A stretch of 64,000 bases of DNA from Candidatus Acidiferrales bacterium (GTDB lineage Bacteria; Acidobacteriota; Terriglobia; Acidiferrales; UBA7541). The position numbers were made by a program, and so were the translations under genes. Below, piece by piece: positions 46,617-56,278 of the stretch (position 1 is the stretch's first letter; every line of letters starts with the position of its first letter). The DNA lies in the NCBI GenBank assembly GCA_963709675.1, contig CAVPWW010000005.1, forward strand, positions 166,631-230,630, read 5' to 3'. The notes below the pieces were generated by a model that saw only the letters and a program-made list of their open reading frames with translations, had not been told where the DNA came from and made no database searches.

Positions 46617-48080
46617 GTGAGATGGCAGCGCTGGAGCTTCGCATTCCCGTGTGCAATCGCGCTTTGCTTTTGCGCGCCTCTGCGCGCACAAATCCGGCAG
46701 AGTCCGCCGGCAATGGGCATACCGGAGAGCCCCTCGCTGGTGGGGGATACCTCGGCGCTGGCGCGCGAAGCGCAAGACTGGCTGGTTGAGCTGATGAAGA
46801 TCAACACGACCAACCCGCCGGGGAACGAGCAGCAAGCGGCAAAGTACGTTGCCGGGATTTTGACCAAGGAAGGAATCAATCCCGAGGTGCTGGATTTGAC
46901 GCCGGGGCGGAGCGCAGTGGTGGCGCGTTTGCGCAGCAGCGTGGTCCCGGACCCCTCCAAGGCGCTGCTCTTGGTCGCGCACATGGATGTCGTCGGAGTG
47001 GAGCGGAACAAATGGTCGGTGGACCCGTTTGGCGCAGTAATCAAGGACGGCTACCTCTACGGCCGCGGCTCGATCGACGACAAAAGCATGTTGGCGGCGA
47101 ACTTGGCGGCGTTCATTGCCCTGAAGCGCGGGAACGTACATCTGGAACGCGACGTGATTTTCCTGGCGACTGCCGATGAAGAACAGTTTGGAGACGCCAG
47201 CTTGAAAATGCTGATCGCCAAATATTGGGACAAGCTGGCCGCGGGCTTTGCCATTAATGAAGGCGGAAAAGTCGTACTGAAGAACGGAAAAGTGCAGTAC
47301 GTCGGGGTTCAAGTGGCCGAAAAAGTTTCCGTGAATGTCTTGGTGACGGCCAAGGGGAAGGGTGGCCACGCCTCGATGCCCACGAAGGAGAATCCCGTGG
47401 TGCACCTGGCGGCAGCCGTAGAGAAGATCGGAAATTATACTGCCCAGGTGCACTTGACCTCCATCGTAAGGCGCTATTTTGAAGGCTTGTCGGCCATCGA
47501 GGATGATGACACGGCCAAGTGGATGAGGGTGATCGACACACCGGACCGCGGCGACCACGCGCAACGGGTGCTCTCCGACATGAATCCCATGTGGAATTCC
47601 ATGATGCGAGACACGATCGCCCCAACCATGCTGCAGGCCGGAGTTCGATCGAACGTGATCCCTTCGGAAGCGCGCGCGGTGTTGAATGTGCGGTTGCTCC
47701 CCGGCGACACCATCGATGTGCTGCTGAACGATTTGAACAAATTGGTGAATGACCCCTCGGTGAAACTCGAAGTGATGCAGGATGGAGGGCTTGCCGCGCC
47801 CAATTCGTCGATCGAAACTGACTTCTATGCTCTGATCACGAAATTGTCCGCCAAGGAATTCGGCGGCGCACCGGTTCTGCCATTGCTCTCCACCGGAGCA
47901 ACAGATTCGGCGCAATTGCGCCTTCACAGCGTTCAGGCTTACGGTTTGAGGCCGTTTCCGCTGACGGAAGAAGACGACAGCAGGGTGCATGGAGACGACG
48001 AGAGACTTCCGCTGGCTTCGTTTGCCAAAGGAGTGGATCTGATTACCCGCATCGTCACGGAATTTTCGGTCTACCATTAA
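46617..48080 (+). CDS. Secreted M20/M25/M40-family metallopeptidase
   Basis: VAHMDVVGVE...W..DPF......DGYLYGRGSIDDKSM and ADEE metal/catalytic motifs. GTG at 46617 follows GGAGGG; the longest ORF starts at 46584. Confidence 0.85.
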   Translation: MRWQRWSFAFPCAIALCFCAPLRAQIRQSPPAMGIPESPSLVGDTSALAREAQDWLVELMKINTTNPPGNEQQAAKYVAGILTKEGINPEVLDLTPGRSAVVARLRSSVVPDPSKALLLVAHMDVVGVERNKWSVDPFGAVIKDGYLYGRGSIDDKSMLAANLAAFIALKRGNVHLERDVIFLATADEEQFGDASLKMLIAKYWDKLAAGFAINEGGKVVLKNGKVQYVGVQVAEKVSVNVLVTAKGKGGHASMPTKENPVVHLAAAVEKIGNYTAQVHLTSIVRRYFEGLSAIEDDDTAKWMRVIDTPDRGDHAQRVLSDMNPMWNSMMRDTIAPTMLQAGVRSNVIPSEARAVLNVRLLPGDTIDVLLNDLNKLVNDPSVKLEVMQDGGLAAPNSSIETDFYALITKLSAKEFGGAPVLPLLSTGATDSAQLRLHSVQAYGLRPFPLTEEDDSRVHGDDERLPLASFAKGVDLITRIVTEFSVYH

Positions 48081-48142
48081 CCATTAATCTGAACTTCTCT
48101 TATCCAAAGGGAAGAGACAAAATATACAGGGAAGAGGCACGG

Positions 48143-49567
48143 ATGATTTCCCGGCATTCCAAAATCGTCTGTACTATCGGTCCCGTCACGCGATCCCCGC
48201 GCATGATCCGCAGGTTGTTGCGAGCGGGGATGGATGTGGCGCGGCTCAATTTCTCGCACGGAACCCACGAAGAGCACGCCCAGAGCATCTCCATGCTGCG
48301 CGAAGCCGCTATGGAGCTGAAAAAGCCGATTGCCATCCTGGCGGATTTGCAAGGCCCCAAAATCCGCACCGGCGCGCTGGCGGGGGGCGGTAGCGTGCTG
48401 CTTCGCATGGGACAGAAATTTGTCATCACCACCGCCAAGGTCCTGGGCGATTCGACGCGGGTGAACACGACCTTTCATCCTATGCCACGCGAAGTGAAGC
48501 GAGGTGACCGAATCCTCCTAAGCGACGGCTTAATTGAATTGCGGGTCGAAAGTACCAACCGTTCCGAAGTGATCTGCCAGGTAGTGAACGGGGGACTTCT
48601 TGGCGAGCACAAGGGGATCAATTTGCCTGGCGTGCAGCTGCACGTGCCGGCAATGACGGACAAGGACCGTGCGGATCTGCGTTTTGCACTTTCGCGAGGG
48701 GCCGACTACATCGCGGTAAGCTTCGTGAGGCGTGCGGAAGACGTTGCAATTGCAAAATCATTAGTAAAACGCGCGAGAAAAGATACGCCGGTGATCGCCA
48801 AGCTGGAAAAGCCGGAAGCCATCGAGAACCTCGATGAAATTCTGCGCATTTCGGATGGTGTGATGGTGGCCCGCGGTGATTTGGGCGTCGAAATGAATCC
48901 CGAACGCGTGCCCGTGGTCCAGAAGAATATCATCGCGCGAGCCCGTGAGTGCAGGCGTCCGGTTATCACGGCGACGCAGATGCTGGAATCTATGACCGAG
49001 AATCCACGGCCCACCCGCGCCGAGGCTTCCGATGTGGCCAACGCGATTTTTGACGGTTCGGACGCAGTCATGCTGAGCGCAGAAACGGCTACGGGCAAAT
49101 ATCCGGTCGAAACCGTGGGAATGATGGCGCGGATCATCGAAGAAGCGGAAGCCAGCATTCACGAATTCCCGCGGCCGGTGGCAACAGAAAGATTAAAGGT
49201 AGCGGAGACAGTGGCGGAGCTGGTGTGCCATGCGTCGCGGGAATTGCACATGAAACTGATCGCTGTCTTCACCCACAGCGGATTTACCGCCCGGCTGGTC
49301 TCGCGCTACCGCCCGCTGGTGCCCATCGTTGCGTTTTCGCCGGAAGCGGCGACGCGCCGCAGGATGGCCCTATTATGGGGCGTGACCCCGCGAAGCATCG
49401 TGGACATCAAGAAGATCGATGGGTTGGCATCCATCGCGGAGAAGCGGCTTGTGGAGGAACGCCTGGTGAAAAGGGGCGACGTGATTGGAATCGTGGCAGG
49501 GATGCCGATGGGGATCCGGGGAACGACGAACTTCATGAAGTTTCACGTGATCGGCAGTGCTAGCTGA
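48143..49567 (+). CDS. pyk: Pyruvate kinase
   Basis: KIVCTIGP, RLNFSHG, LADLQGPKIR, MVARGDLGVE and TQMLESM are canonical motifs. Confidence 0.95.
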   Translation: MISRHSKIVCTIGPVTRSPRMIRRLLRAGMDVARLNFSHGTHEEHAQSISMLREAAMELKKPIAILADLQGPKIRTGALAGGGSVLLRMGQKFVITTAKVLGDSTRVNTTFHPMPREVKRGDRILLSDGLIELRVESTNRSEVICQVVNGGLLGEHKGINLPGVQLHVPAMTDKDRADLRFALSRGADYIAVSFVRRAEDVAIAKSLVKRARKDTPVIAKLEKPEAIENLDEILRISDGVMVARGDLGVEMNPERVPVVQKNIIARARECRRPVITATQMLESMTENPRPTRAEASDVANAIFDGSDAVMLSAETATGKYPVETVGMMARIIEEAEASIHEFPRPVATERLKVAETVAELVCHASRELHMKLIAVFTHSGFTARLVSRYRPLVPIVAFSPEAATRRRMALLWGVTPRSIVDIKKIDGLASIAEKRLVEERLVKRGDVIGIVAGMPMGIRGTTNFMKFHVIGSAS

Positions 49568-49629
49568 CCCCTTCAGATCCCACTATTGGCATGTCGCAGA
49601 GTAAACGTTACTAGCTGAGATGCGTCAAT

Positions 49630-50075
49630 ATCAGCGTGGCTATTTCCTCTGAGTTGATCCTCGACGCTTCCCAACGAGACGAACTGGTCGCGATTTCTCA
49701 GTCGCGTTTCGCTGCCGGGCCTCACAGAGGTGGTCGAACAGGCGCCGGCGCGGGAGGTCCACATCATTCTGGACAATCTGTCGGTGCACAAGAGTCAGGT
49801 GGTTCGCGATTTTCTGGCGGCGCATCCGAACGTTGCATCTCCACTTCACGCCGACGTATCCGTCGTGGCCGAATCAAGTCGAGATTTGGTTTTTCAAGGT
49901 CGGGCGCGACGTGATTGCTCGCGGAATCTTTACCGGCGTGGGGGATCTGGCCGCAAGCTTCTCCGCTGCATCAACGCTCTCAGCGAACGCTAAGCCGACC
50001 AGTGGAAATATTCCGATCCGACCCGTCGCATCCGCAGTAACTTTGTCTCTGCGACATGGTGCTAGTCCTGCCACT
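49630..50075 (+). mobile_element. Decayed IS630-family (Tc1/mariner-like DDE) transposase remnant
   Basis: Pieces lie in three frames. An N-terminal-like AISSELILDASQRDELVAISQSR is joined directly to C-terminal DDE segments VHIILDNLSVHKS..V..FLAAHPNV / HLHFTPTYPSWPNQVEIWF / WKYSDPTRRI. It has an internal deletion and frameshifts. Confidence 0.7.
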
Positions 50076-50178
50076 TTGAAAATTGCGTCAGCGCAGTGCG
50101 CATCGTCGAGCAACACACAGCCATCCACTGGAACGAAGCAGCGAGTATGAAGAAAGTAGGCCTCTCGCCGAGCGAGGG

Positions 50179-50997
50179 TCAGTTGACCCAGTGATCAGGG
50201 CGCGAAGGCGGGTCATTCTTGTTTTTCTTCATGTACACTTCGAAGCGTTTTCGATTGCGTTGATACTTCCAGTCCGCCATTTCGTTACGCACGCGGAAGA
50301 GGAAAGATCCACGGCGGAGATACAGCCAGCCGATCAGCATGCCACCCAGATGACAGAAGTGGCTCACACCGTCACCCGAAGAGCCCAGAGTGCCGAAGAA
50401 CTCGATGGCCGCCATGACCGCAACAAATGGCCGCATGGGAATCATGATGGGCAAAGGAAACAGCCAGATCTGCCGGTCGGGAAACAGAATGGCGTTGGCG
50501 ATGAGAATGCCGAAGATTGCTCCGGATGCACCGATGGTGGGAACATCCGAAGGCTGGCGCCCCCAGAACAGCGGGACAAGTTTCACGAGGACGGTAATCA
50601 AGCCAGCCCCAACTCCGCACAGAAAAAAGTAATTGAGAAACTTTCTCTTGCCCCAGACCAGCTCCAATTCACGGCCGAACATCCAAAGCATGAGCATATT
50701 GATGAGGAGATGCCACAGGCCCCCGTGAAGGAACAGGTAGGTTACCGGTTGCCAGATGCGGAAGCCGGGAATCACCCCGCTGGGAACCAGGCCAAACCAC
50801 ATGGTTATCCAACGATACGCGGCGAGTTTTCCGAAAAAGACCTCAAATAGCGTCTGGAAGAGGAAAACACCCGCACAGATTAGGACCAGCAACTTGACCG
50901 CGGGAGTGATGAAGCTTCGCCAATCGAAGTTGATGCGGGGCGCCCCGAACCTTGTACCCATAGCCAAAGTGTACGGCGGAGAAAGGCGCGCCGTCAA
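50179..50997 (-). CDS. Rhomboid-family intramembrane serine protease
   Basis: FLHGGLWHLLINMLMLWMFG, catalytic GASGAIFG and HLGGMLIGW motifs. Start uncertain (50997 or 50961). Confidence 0.85.
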   Translation of the reverse strand: MTARLSPPYTLAMGTRFGAPRINFDWRSFITPAVKLLVLICAGVFLFQTLFEVFFGKLAAYRWITMWFGLVPSGVIPGFRIWQPVTYLFLHGGLWHLLINMLMLWMFGRELELVWGKRKFLNYFFLCGVGAGLITVLVKLVPLFWGRQPSDVPTIGASGAIFGILIANAILFPDRQIWLFPLPIMIPMRPFVAVMAAIEFFGTLGSSGDGVSHFCHLGGMLIGWLYLRRGSFLFRVRNEMADWKYQRNRKRFEVYMKKNKNDPPSRPDHWVN

Positions 50998-51112
50998 AAG
51001 AGTAATTTAGTCGAATTGAGAGCGTCTGCGCACTATTTCCCACGCCTTTGGACCGAACTTGGACGGCCATCCTAGCAACAAAACCTGTCAGCAGCTCGCC
51101 GCTCAGACGCCC

Positions 51113-52561
51113 TTATATACTTTCCAGCACGAGCTTTAGATAGTTCCAGAAATGTTCCACGCTGGAAATCTGCACCCGCTCGTTGGGGCTGTGCGGATTC
51201 ACGATGGTTGGGCCAAACGATATCAGTTGCATCCCGGGATATTTTTCACCAATGACCCCGCATTCCAGGCCGGCGTGCATGGCGATCAGCTTTGCCGGGT
51301 GGCCGAAAAGTTTCTGATGCACTTCCTGAAGCTTGCGCACTAGATCATTGTTCGGTTCAGGCTTCCAGCCGGGGTAGCTGCCCCCGTGCTCGACGTCGAA
51401 ACCCGCCAAACGGGAAACGGTGGCAACCATGCGCGCGGCGGCTTGTTTGCTAGCGACAATCGCGCTGCGTTGGCTGGTGATGATTTCGACCACATCTCCC
51501 TTGGTGTTGACGGTCGCCAGATTCGTTGAGGTCTGGACCAACCCGGGTACATCGGGGCTCATCGCCAAAATACCGTGCGGCATAGTGCTTAGAAGAGCCG
51601 CGGTGCTTTTCGCGTCGGTGACGTCCATAACCATTGCCGGACGTTCCGTTTTTTCTACAACAATCTGCAGGCCGGGATCGAATGCACCCAAATCCGTTTT
51701 GTTTGCGGCTTCCGCGGCGGCAACAAGCGATTTCAGTTCACCCTCCCGAGATGCGTCTAACGCAACCACGGCCACGGCTTCGCGAGGAATGGCGTTGTGC
51801 GCGCTTCCGCCGTTGACCTGCGCGATTTGAATCGGAAGGCGCTCCAACAAGTCCTGAAGGACTCCACCCATGATCCGCAGGGCGTTTCCGCGCCCTTGGT
51901 GGATATCGACGCCAGAGTGCCCGCCGTGCAGGCCGGTCACCTTGATGCGCCACGCGGATCCAGCGGCCGCTGGAACAAGCTTGACCTTGCGGCGAACCGT
52001 GGTGTTCACGCCGCCGGCGCAACCGATACACAGATTGCCTTCCTCCTCCGTGTCGAGGTTCAGGAAGTATTTGGACTTCAGCAATCCTGGCTGGAATAAC
52101 GAAGCGCCGGTGAGACCAGTCTCCTCATCTATGGTGAAAGCGAATTCGAGCGGACCGTGGGGAATGTCTTTGCTTTCCATTACGGCGAGTGCGCCGGCCA
52201 CCCCGACACCATTATCGGCGCCGAGGGTGGTGCCATCGGCCTTCAGCCAGTCGCCGTCTTTGACAACCTTGATGGGGTCCTTATCGAAGTTATGAACGGT
52301 TGTCTCGTTTTTCTCGCAAACCATGTCGAGGTGGCCCTGTAAGAGGGTAATTGGCGCCCCCTCGCGGCCGGGTCGCGCCGGCTTGCGCACAATGAGGTTG
52401 CCCACAGAGTCTTGAATCGCTTCCAGGCCTGACTGCGTGGCCACTCCGCGGACGTAGTCTCGCGCGGCGGCTTCTTTTGTCGAGGCGCGAGGGATAGACG
52501 CTAATCTGTCAAAGTGCTTCCATAGCTGTTTAGGCTCCAAATTCGCAAGTGCAGGCATCAT
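51113..52561 (-). CDS. pepD: Aminoacyl-histidine (Xaa-His) dipeptidase PepD, M20C
   Basis: LEPKQLWKHF..L..IPR.S..E, LQGHLDMVCEKN, GTTLGADNGVG and HSP.ERV are PepD signatures. Confidence 0.9.
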   Translation of the reverse strand: MMPALANLEPKQLWKHFDRLASIPRASTKEAAARDYVRGVATQSGLEAIQDSVGNLIVRKPARPGREGAPITLLQGHLDMVCEKNETTVHNFDKDPIKVVKDGDWLKADGTTLGADNGVGVAGALAVMESKDIPHGPLEFAFTIDEETGLTGASLFQPGLLKSKYFLNLDTEEEGNLCIGCAGGVNTTVRRKVKLVPAAAGSAWRIKVTGLHGGHSGVDIHQGRGNALRIMGGVLQDLLERLPIQIAQVNGGSAHNAIPREAVAVVALDASREGELKSLVAAAEAANKTDLGAFDPGLQIVVEKTERPAMVMDVTDAKSTAALLSTMPHGILAMSPDVPGLVQTSTNLATVNTKGDVVEIITSQRSAIVASKQAAARMVATVSRLAGFDVEHGGSYPGWKPEPNNDLVRKLQEVHQKLFGHPAKLIAMHAGLECGVIGEKYPGMQLISFGPTIVNPHSPNERVQISSVEHFWNYLKLVLESI

Positions 52562-52685
52562 GGTGGGCTCCGTGGTACAAAGGGGGGAGTTCATTTGTGC
52601 TCGGGAAAGCAGTCCCATTGTACATTCATCTCGCGTCTTAGGGACACTACGGAAACTTGGTGAGTCTCGTTGTTCCTACTGCTCG

Positions 52686-54404
52686 CTAGGTTCCGAAGAG
52701 CAAACGTTCGAGGATGGGACCGAGCGCCAAGGCAGGGAGATAGCTCAGAGCCACCATGATGATCAAGCAGGCCGTGAGGAGCACACCGAATAAAAAGGAA
52801 TGCGTCGGTAGTGTCCCGGACGAAGAAGGAGTAATCCTCTGCCGCGCGAACAGAGCGGCGAATGCCAATGCGGGAACGGCCAAGGCGAATCTTCCCGCCA
52901 TCATTGCCAGTGCTGTGGAGAGATTGTAAAAGGGAGTATTGGCGTTTAAACCGGCGAAGGCTTGTCCATTGTTGCCAAAGCAGGAAGCATAGGCAAAGAG
53001 AATCTCGGAAAAACCGTGTGGGCCAGTGTTAGTGGTCAGACCGGAGAGTCCGACTCTGGTGCTTACCGCAATGGCCGTAAGTGGGAGGACAAAGAGTGGC
53101 GCGGCTAACGCAAACAGCATGATTGCTTTATTCTCAGCCGGCCCTATTTTCTTTCCTAAGTATTCCGGCGTGCGCCCGACCATGAGTCCTGCCAGGAATA
53201 CGGCGATTGCAGCGGTCATGACCATGCTGTAAAGGCCCGTCCCCAGCCCTCCGAATACAAGCTCTCCCAGCAGCAAGTTCACCAACAAAACCATGCCGCC
53301 GAGTGGCGTGTAGCTATCATGCACGGAGTTGTAAGAGCCCGTTGCTGTGTTGGAGGTCACCACGGCTGTCAGCGTCGAGCCAGCGATGCCGAAGCGCACT
53401 TCTTTCCCCTCCATGTTCCCACCCGATTGCATCGAACTGCTTCGGAAATCCACCCTAGCAAGCCGCGAATTCCCCTTCTGTTCAAGCTGATGTACGAAAA
53501 GCAATCCACCGGAGAAAAAAAATACCATCACGCAATAAAAAAGCCATCCCTGCCGCGGTTGCCCAACCATCCTGCCAAAGGTGTTCGTCAGTGCCGCGGG
53601 TAACAGCACGATTGCCAACATTTCCAGGAAGTTGGTAAGCGGCGTGGGATTCTCATATGGATGAGCTCCATTCGCATTAAAATAGCCGCCGCCATTCGTG
53701 CCTAGATTCTTGATGAATTCCAGCGCAGCTATCGGACCCTGCGGAATCACCTGTTTGGCACCTTCGATGGTTGTGGCGACTGCATAGTGGTGGAAGTTGA
53801 TTGGAACCCCTTGCCAGACAAGCAGCAAAGCGCCCAGGAATGCTCCGGGCAGCAGGACCCTGAGCGACGCGCGTGTCAGATCAACCCAAAAATTCCCCAG
53901 GGTGCCCGACAGTTGCCTGGCAAGGCCTCGAATAAACGCGATACCCACTGCTAACCCTGCTGCGCCTGCAAGGAAATTCTGCGCGCACAGCCCCACCATC
54001 TGGCTGAAATAACTCATGGTGTTCTCGCCAGAGTAGGCCTGCCATGTCGTTGTCGTTGAAAAACTGATCGCCGTATTCAGAGCCAGGTCGGCTGACATCG
54101 GCGTCGTGAAGTATTGCGGGAAGAACCAGGGAAGAAATTGCTGCGTTCTTAGCATGGCGTACAACAGTAGGGTGCCGACAAATCCAAACAGGACGAAACA
54201 TAACGCATACTCCTTACCGGCCATTTCCACATCCGGATCAACCGCACTGATGCGATAAATGAGCCGCTCCACGGGAAGGCATAATCGATCAAGGAACGTG
54301 TGCTTCTTGGAAAAGACCCGCTCCATGTACCCACCCAATGGCTTCACAAGAGCAGTGACAATGGCCAGGAACAACAGATATTGGGTTGCGCTGGAGAGAT
54401 CCAC
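52686..54404 (-). CDS. kdpA: Potassium-transporting ATPase subunit KdpA (full length, GTG start)
   Basis: Collinear with E. coli KdpA as I recall it: DLALNTA.SF.T.T.WQ.YSGE.T.SYFSQM, NMEGKE.RFG, GRTPEYLGKKI, GPHGFSE and SSGTLPTH. Confidence 0.95.
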   Translation of the reverse strand: MDLSSATQYLLFLAIVTALVKPLGGYMERVFSKKHTFLDRLCLPVERLIYRISAVDPDVEMAGKEYALCFVLFGFVGTLLLYAMLRTQQFLPWFFPQYFTTPMSADLALNTAISFSTTTTWQAYSGENTMSYFSQMVGLCAQNFLAGAAGLAVGIAFIRGLARQLSGTLGNFWVDLTRASLRVLLPGAFLGALLLVWQGVPINFHHYAVATTIEGAKQVIPQGPIAALEFIKNLGTNGGGYFNANGAHPYENPTPLTNFLEMLAIVLLPAALTNTFGRMVGQPRQGWLFYCVMVFFFSGGLLFVHQLEQKGNSRLARVDFRSSSMQSGGNMEGKEVRFGIAGSTLTAVVTSNTATGSYNSVHDSYTPLGGMVLLVNLLLGELVFGGLGTGLYSMVMTAAIAVFLAGLMVGRTPEYLGKKIGPAENKAIMLFALAAPLFVLPLTAIAVSTRVGLSGLTTNTGPHGFSEILFAYASCFGNNGQAFAGLNANTPFYNLSTALAMMAGRFALAVPALAFAALFARQRITPSSSGTLPTHSFLFGVLLTACLIIMVALSYLPALALGPILERLLFGT

Positions 54405-54795
54405 AGGCCCTTCTCAGCAGCAGTGTAACGAAACTTCGCGGTGCGCACAGGGATATTTTTGAACTGGTCCCGACATTACTTCTTTAACGCGTTCCGTCAT
54501 AGATCAACGCACTCGTCATTACTTCCCAACGGTCAAAAAGTGACTTACCCGCAATTTTGATTGTGTCAGTTCCATTACGTCCAATTGCCCATTCTTGGCC
54601 TTGGGAATTTCTTGAGAAGAGTTCAGACAGCCTGACTGGTTGTGGACTAAGCAGAGGGCATCAAGCGCTGCGCTGTGAACGGCGGCGATCGTTAAGGAGC
54701 TAATCAGAAACGCACCGCAGGGGAGCTGTCGGCGGAACTCGCCCCCCACTCAAACCAGGCCTCAGTTCGCCACTGTTCCTGCCACCAAATAAGGC

Positions 54796-55518
54796 TCACG
54801 ACTTACGCCGGATACCAGGTCTTGCATGGCTCTCGCCTGGAAGCTGAAACCTATACCCCAACCACGGCTCGGTCAGGATGTAACGAGGACGCGCAGGATC
54901 TTTCTCAATTTTCTTCCGGATCTGGTTGATCACCACGCGGACATTCTCAGTCTCTTCCCCATAATCCGGTCCCCACACGGCCTGCAAGATTCGCTTATAA
55001 GTGAGCGGTTTCCCCTGCTGCATCACGAGCAGACGCAGCACATCGAACTCTCTGGGAGTCAGGTGCACCCTGTTCCCTTGAGCATCGATTGTTCTCTTTT
55101 CGAGATCGACGCTCAATTCTGGAGTCTCGATTTTCGGAAGCGATTGGTCCGTACAGGAGCGTCGCAACGCGGCTCGCACGCGCGCCAACAGTTCTCCCAT
55201 CGCGGAGGGTTTTACAACATAATCGTCCGCTCCAAAATCCAGTGCCTCAATCTTGTCTCGTTCCGAGTTGCGAACTGTCAGCATGATAATGGGTCCTTCA
55301 AAGGACAATCGAATCTTGCAGCAAGCTTCTGGCCCGCTCATATCCGGCATGTTGAAGTCCATGAGAATCAGGTCGGGACGCTGTCGGACGGCCAGTTCGA
55401 TACCCTCTTGGCCACTTTGCGCCTCGATAATGTCATAGCCGGCATTGCAAAGCGTGGTTCGCAGGACTCTGCGGATTTGTGCCTCGTCGTCGACCACAAG
55501 TAGGGTGGCATGATTCAT
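54796..55518 (-). CDS. OmpR/PhoB-family response regulator, KdpE-like
   Basis: Intact receiver (LLVVDDE, LILMDFNMPDMSG, ...ALDFGADDYVVKP) and a winged-helix output (LTPREFDVLRLL...GYRF). No histidine kinase is adjacent. Confidence 0.85.
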   Translation of the reverse strand: MNHATLLVVDDEAQIRRVLRTTLCNAGYDIIEAQSGQEGIELAVRQRPDLILMDFNMPDMSGPEACCKIRLSFEGPIIMLTVRNSERDKIEALDFGADDYVVKPSAMGELLARVRAALRRSCTDQSLPKIETPELSVDLEKRTIDAQGNRVHLTPREFDVLRLLVMQQGKPLTYKRILQAVWGPDYGEETENVRVVINQIRKKIEKDPARPRYILTEPWLGYRFQLPGESHARPGIRRKS

Positions 55519-55753
55519 GGGCGTGCTGTCGCTTGTTACGTCCACCGGCAAAGCGGCGAGAAATTCGTTAAGCTGTCCACAGGATTCAAAAATCATAAAG
55601 GACTGCCAATAAGGAAATCTTCAAGGACTCTTAAAGAGTTCATAAGGCCACAATGGTCCCGGCTGGGCAACTTGGCCTGGATCGAACGCAGTGTGATTCT
55701 GCGTAGGAGCTTATACAATTGTGGGGTCTTGGAGATCAAAAAGGAGAGGTTGG

Positions 55754-56248
55754 ATGAACCGTTTTGTTCTTGTGTGCGTTTTGTTTATTTGCGCTTTAGG
55801 AATGCCTGCCACACGCGACGCGATTGCAGAAAACCTGGCAACCAACATTGCATCGCAATCCTCCGCGGACATCCTCCCGGAAGGCGGGGTGATCATTGTC
55901 ACTCCTATCGACCAGTACGCCTGGCGGGTGTGGCCCGGTGGAAAGATCGAATACAGTTTTGACAGCAGCCGAACTTGGGAGTTGCAAAAGAGCGGTGTCA
56001 CCACGGATCTGACCGCGGGCTCTGCGCCTTCCGACAAGGTCTGCTGGATTGTGGGAAGGGCAGGAACCGTACTCCTCACCACTGACCGGGGGAAGCACTG
56101 GAAGAAACTCGCTTCTCCGATAAAAGCGGATGTGGCGGGAGTGTACGCACAGGACGGCAAGCGCGCGTCCGTCTGGACTGCGTCTCACAAGCAGAGCTTC
56201 GAGACAAACGATGGCGGCATGACTTGGACTCCGAACGACAACAAGTAA
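55754..56248 (+). CDS. Small secreted BNR/Ycf48-like repeat protein
   Basis: Signal peptide MNRFVLVCVLFICALG. Three Asp-box-like motifs (SFDSSRTWE, TTDRGKHWK, TNDGGMTWT). Strong AAGGAGAGG RBS. Confidence 0.6.
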   Translation: MNRFVLVCVLFICALGMPATRDAIAENLATNIASQSSADILPEGGVIIVTPIDQYAWRVWPGGKIEYSFDSSRTWELQKSGVTTDLTAGSAPSDKVCWIVGRAGTVLLTTDRGKHWKKLASPIKADVAGVYAQDGKRASVWTASHKQSFETNDGGMTWTPNDNK

Positions 56249-56251
56249 TCT

Positions 56252-56278
56252 CTGCGGCACGGCCTAGGATCGCCGCAG
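56252..56278 (+). terminator. Hairpin after the BNR-repeat gene
   Basis: ctgcggc / gccgcag stem followed by ttcttcc. The T-tract is weak. Confidence 0.35.

Noticed and set aside
46386-48077. A 563-aa ORF on the minus strand, the longest unexplained ORF in the track.
   Set aside because: It lies entirely antisense to the M20 peptidase gene, whose product has clear family motifs (HMDVV, GRGSIDDKSM, ADEE). The antisense product is Arg/Gly/His-rich with no motif. Long stop-free antisense frames are expected in GC-rich coding DNA.
54701-54741. On the minus strand, GAGUGGGGGGCGAGUUCCGCCGACAGCUCCCCUGCGGUGCG resembles fragments of the c-di-AMP (ydaO) riboswitch (GAGCGGGGGACCCA ... CCCGACAGCUAACCUCGUAAGCG), which is attractive upstream of kdpA.
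   Set aside because: The two look-alike segments are adjacent, not separated by the roughly 70-nt pseudo-symmetric core (GGGGUGAAUC and its stems). Several invariant positions also differ. By eye this is not a complete aptamer, and a cmsearch with RF00379 is needed before any claim.
54405-54795. I searched for a kdpF-like short hydrophobic ORF upstream of kdpA and considered the 76-aa ORF 54519..54749.
   Set aside because: The short ORFs found on the kdpA strand (e.g. MTSALIYDGTR*, MSGPVQKYPCAHREVSLHCC*) are not hydrophobic. The 76-aa ORF has no RBS and resembles no protein family I recognise.
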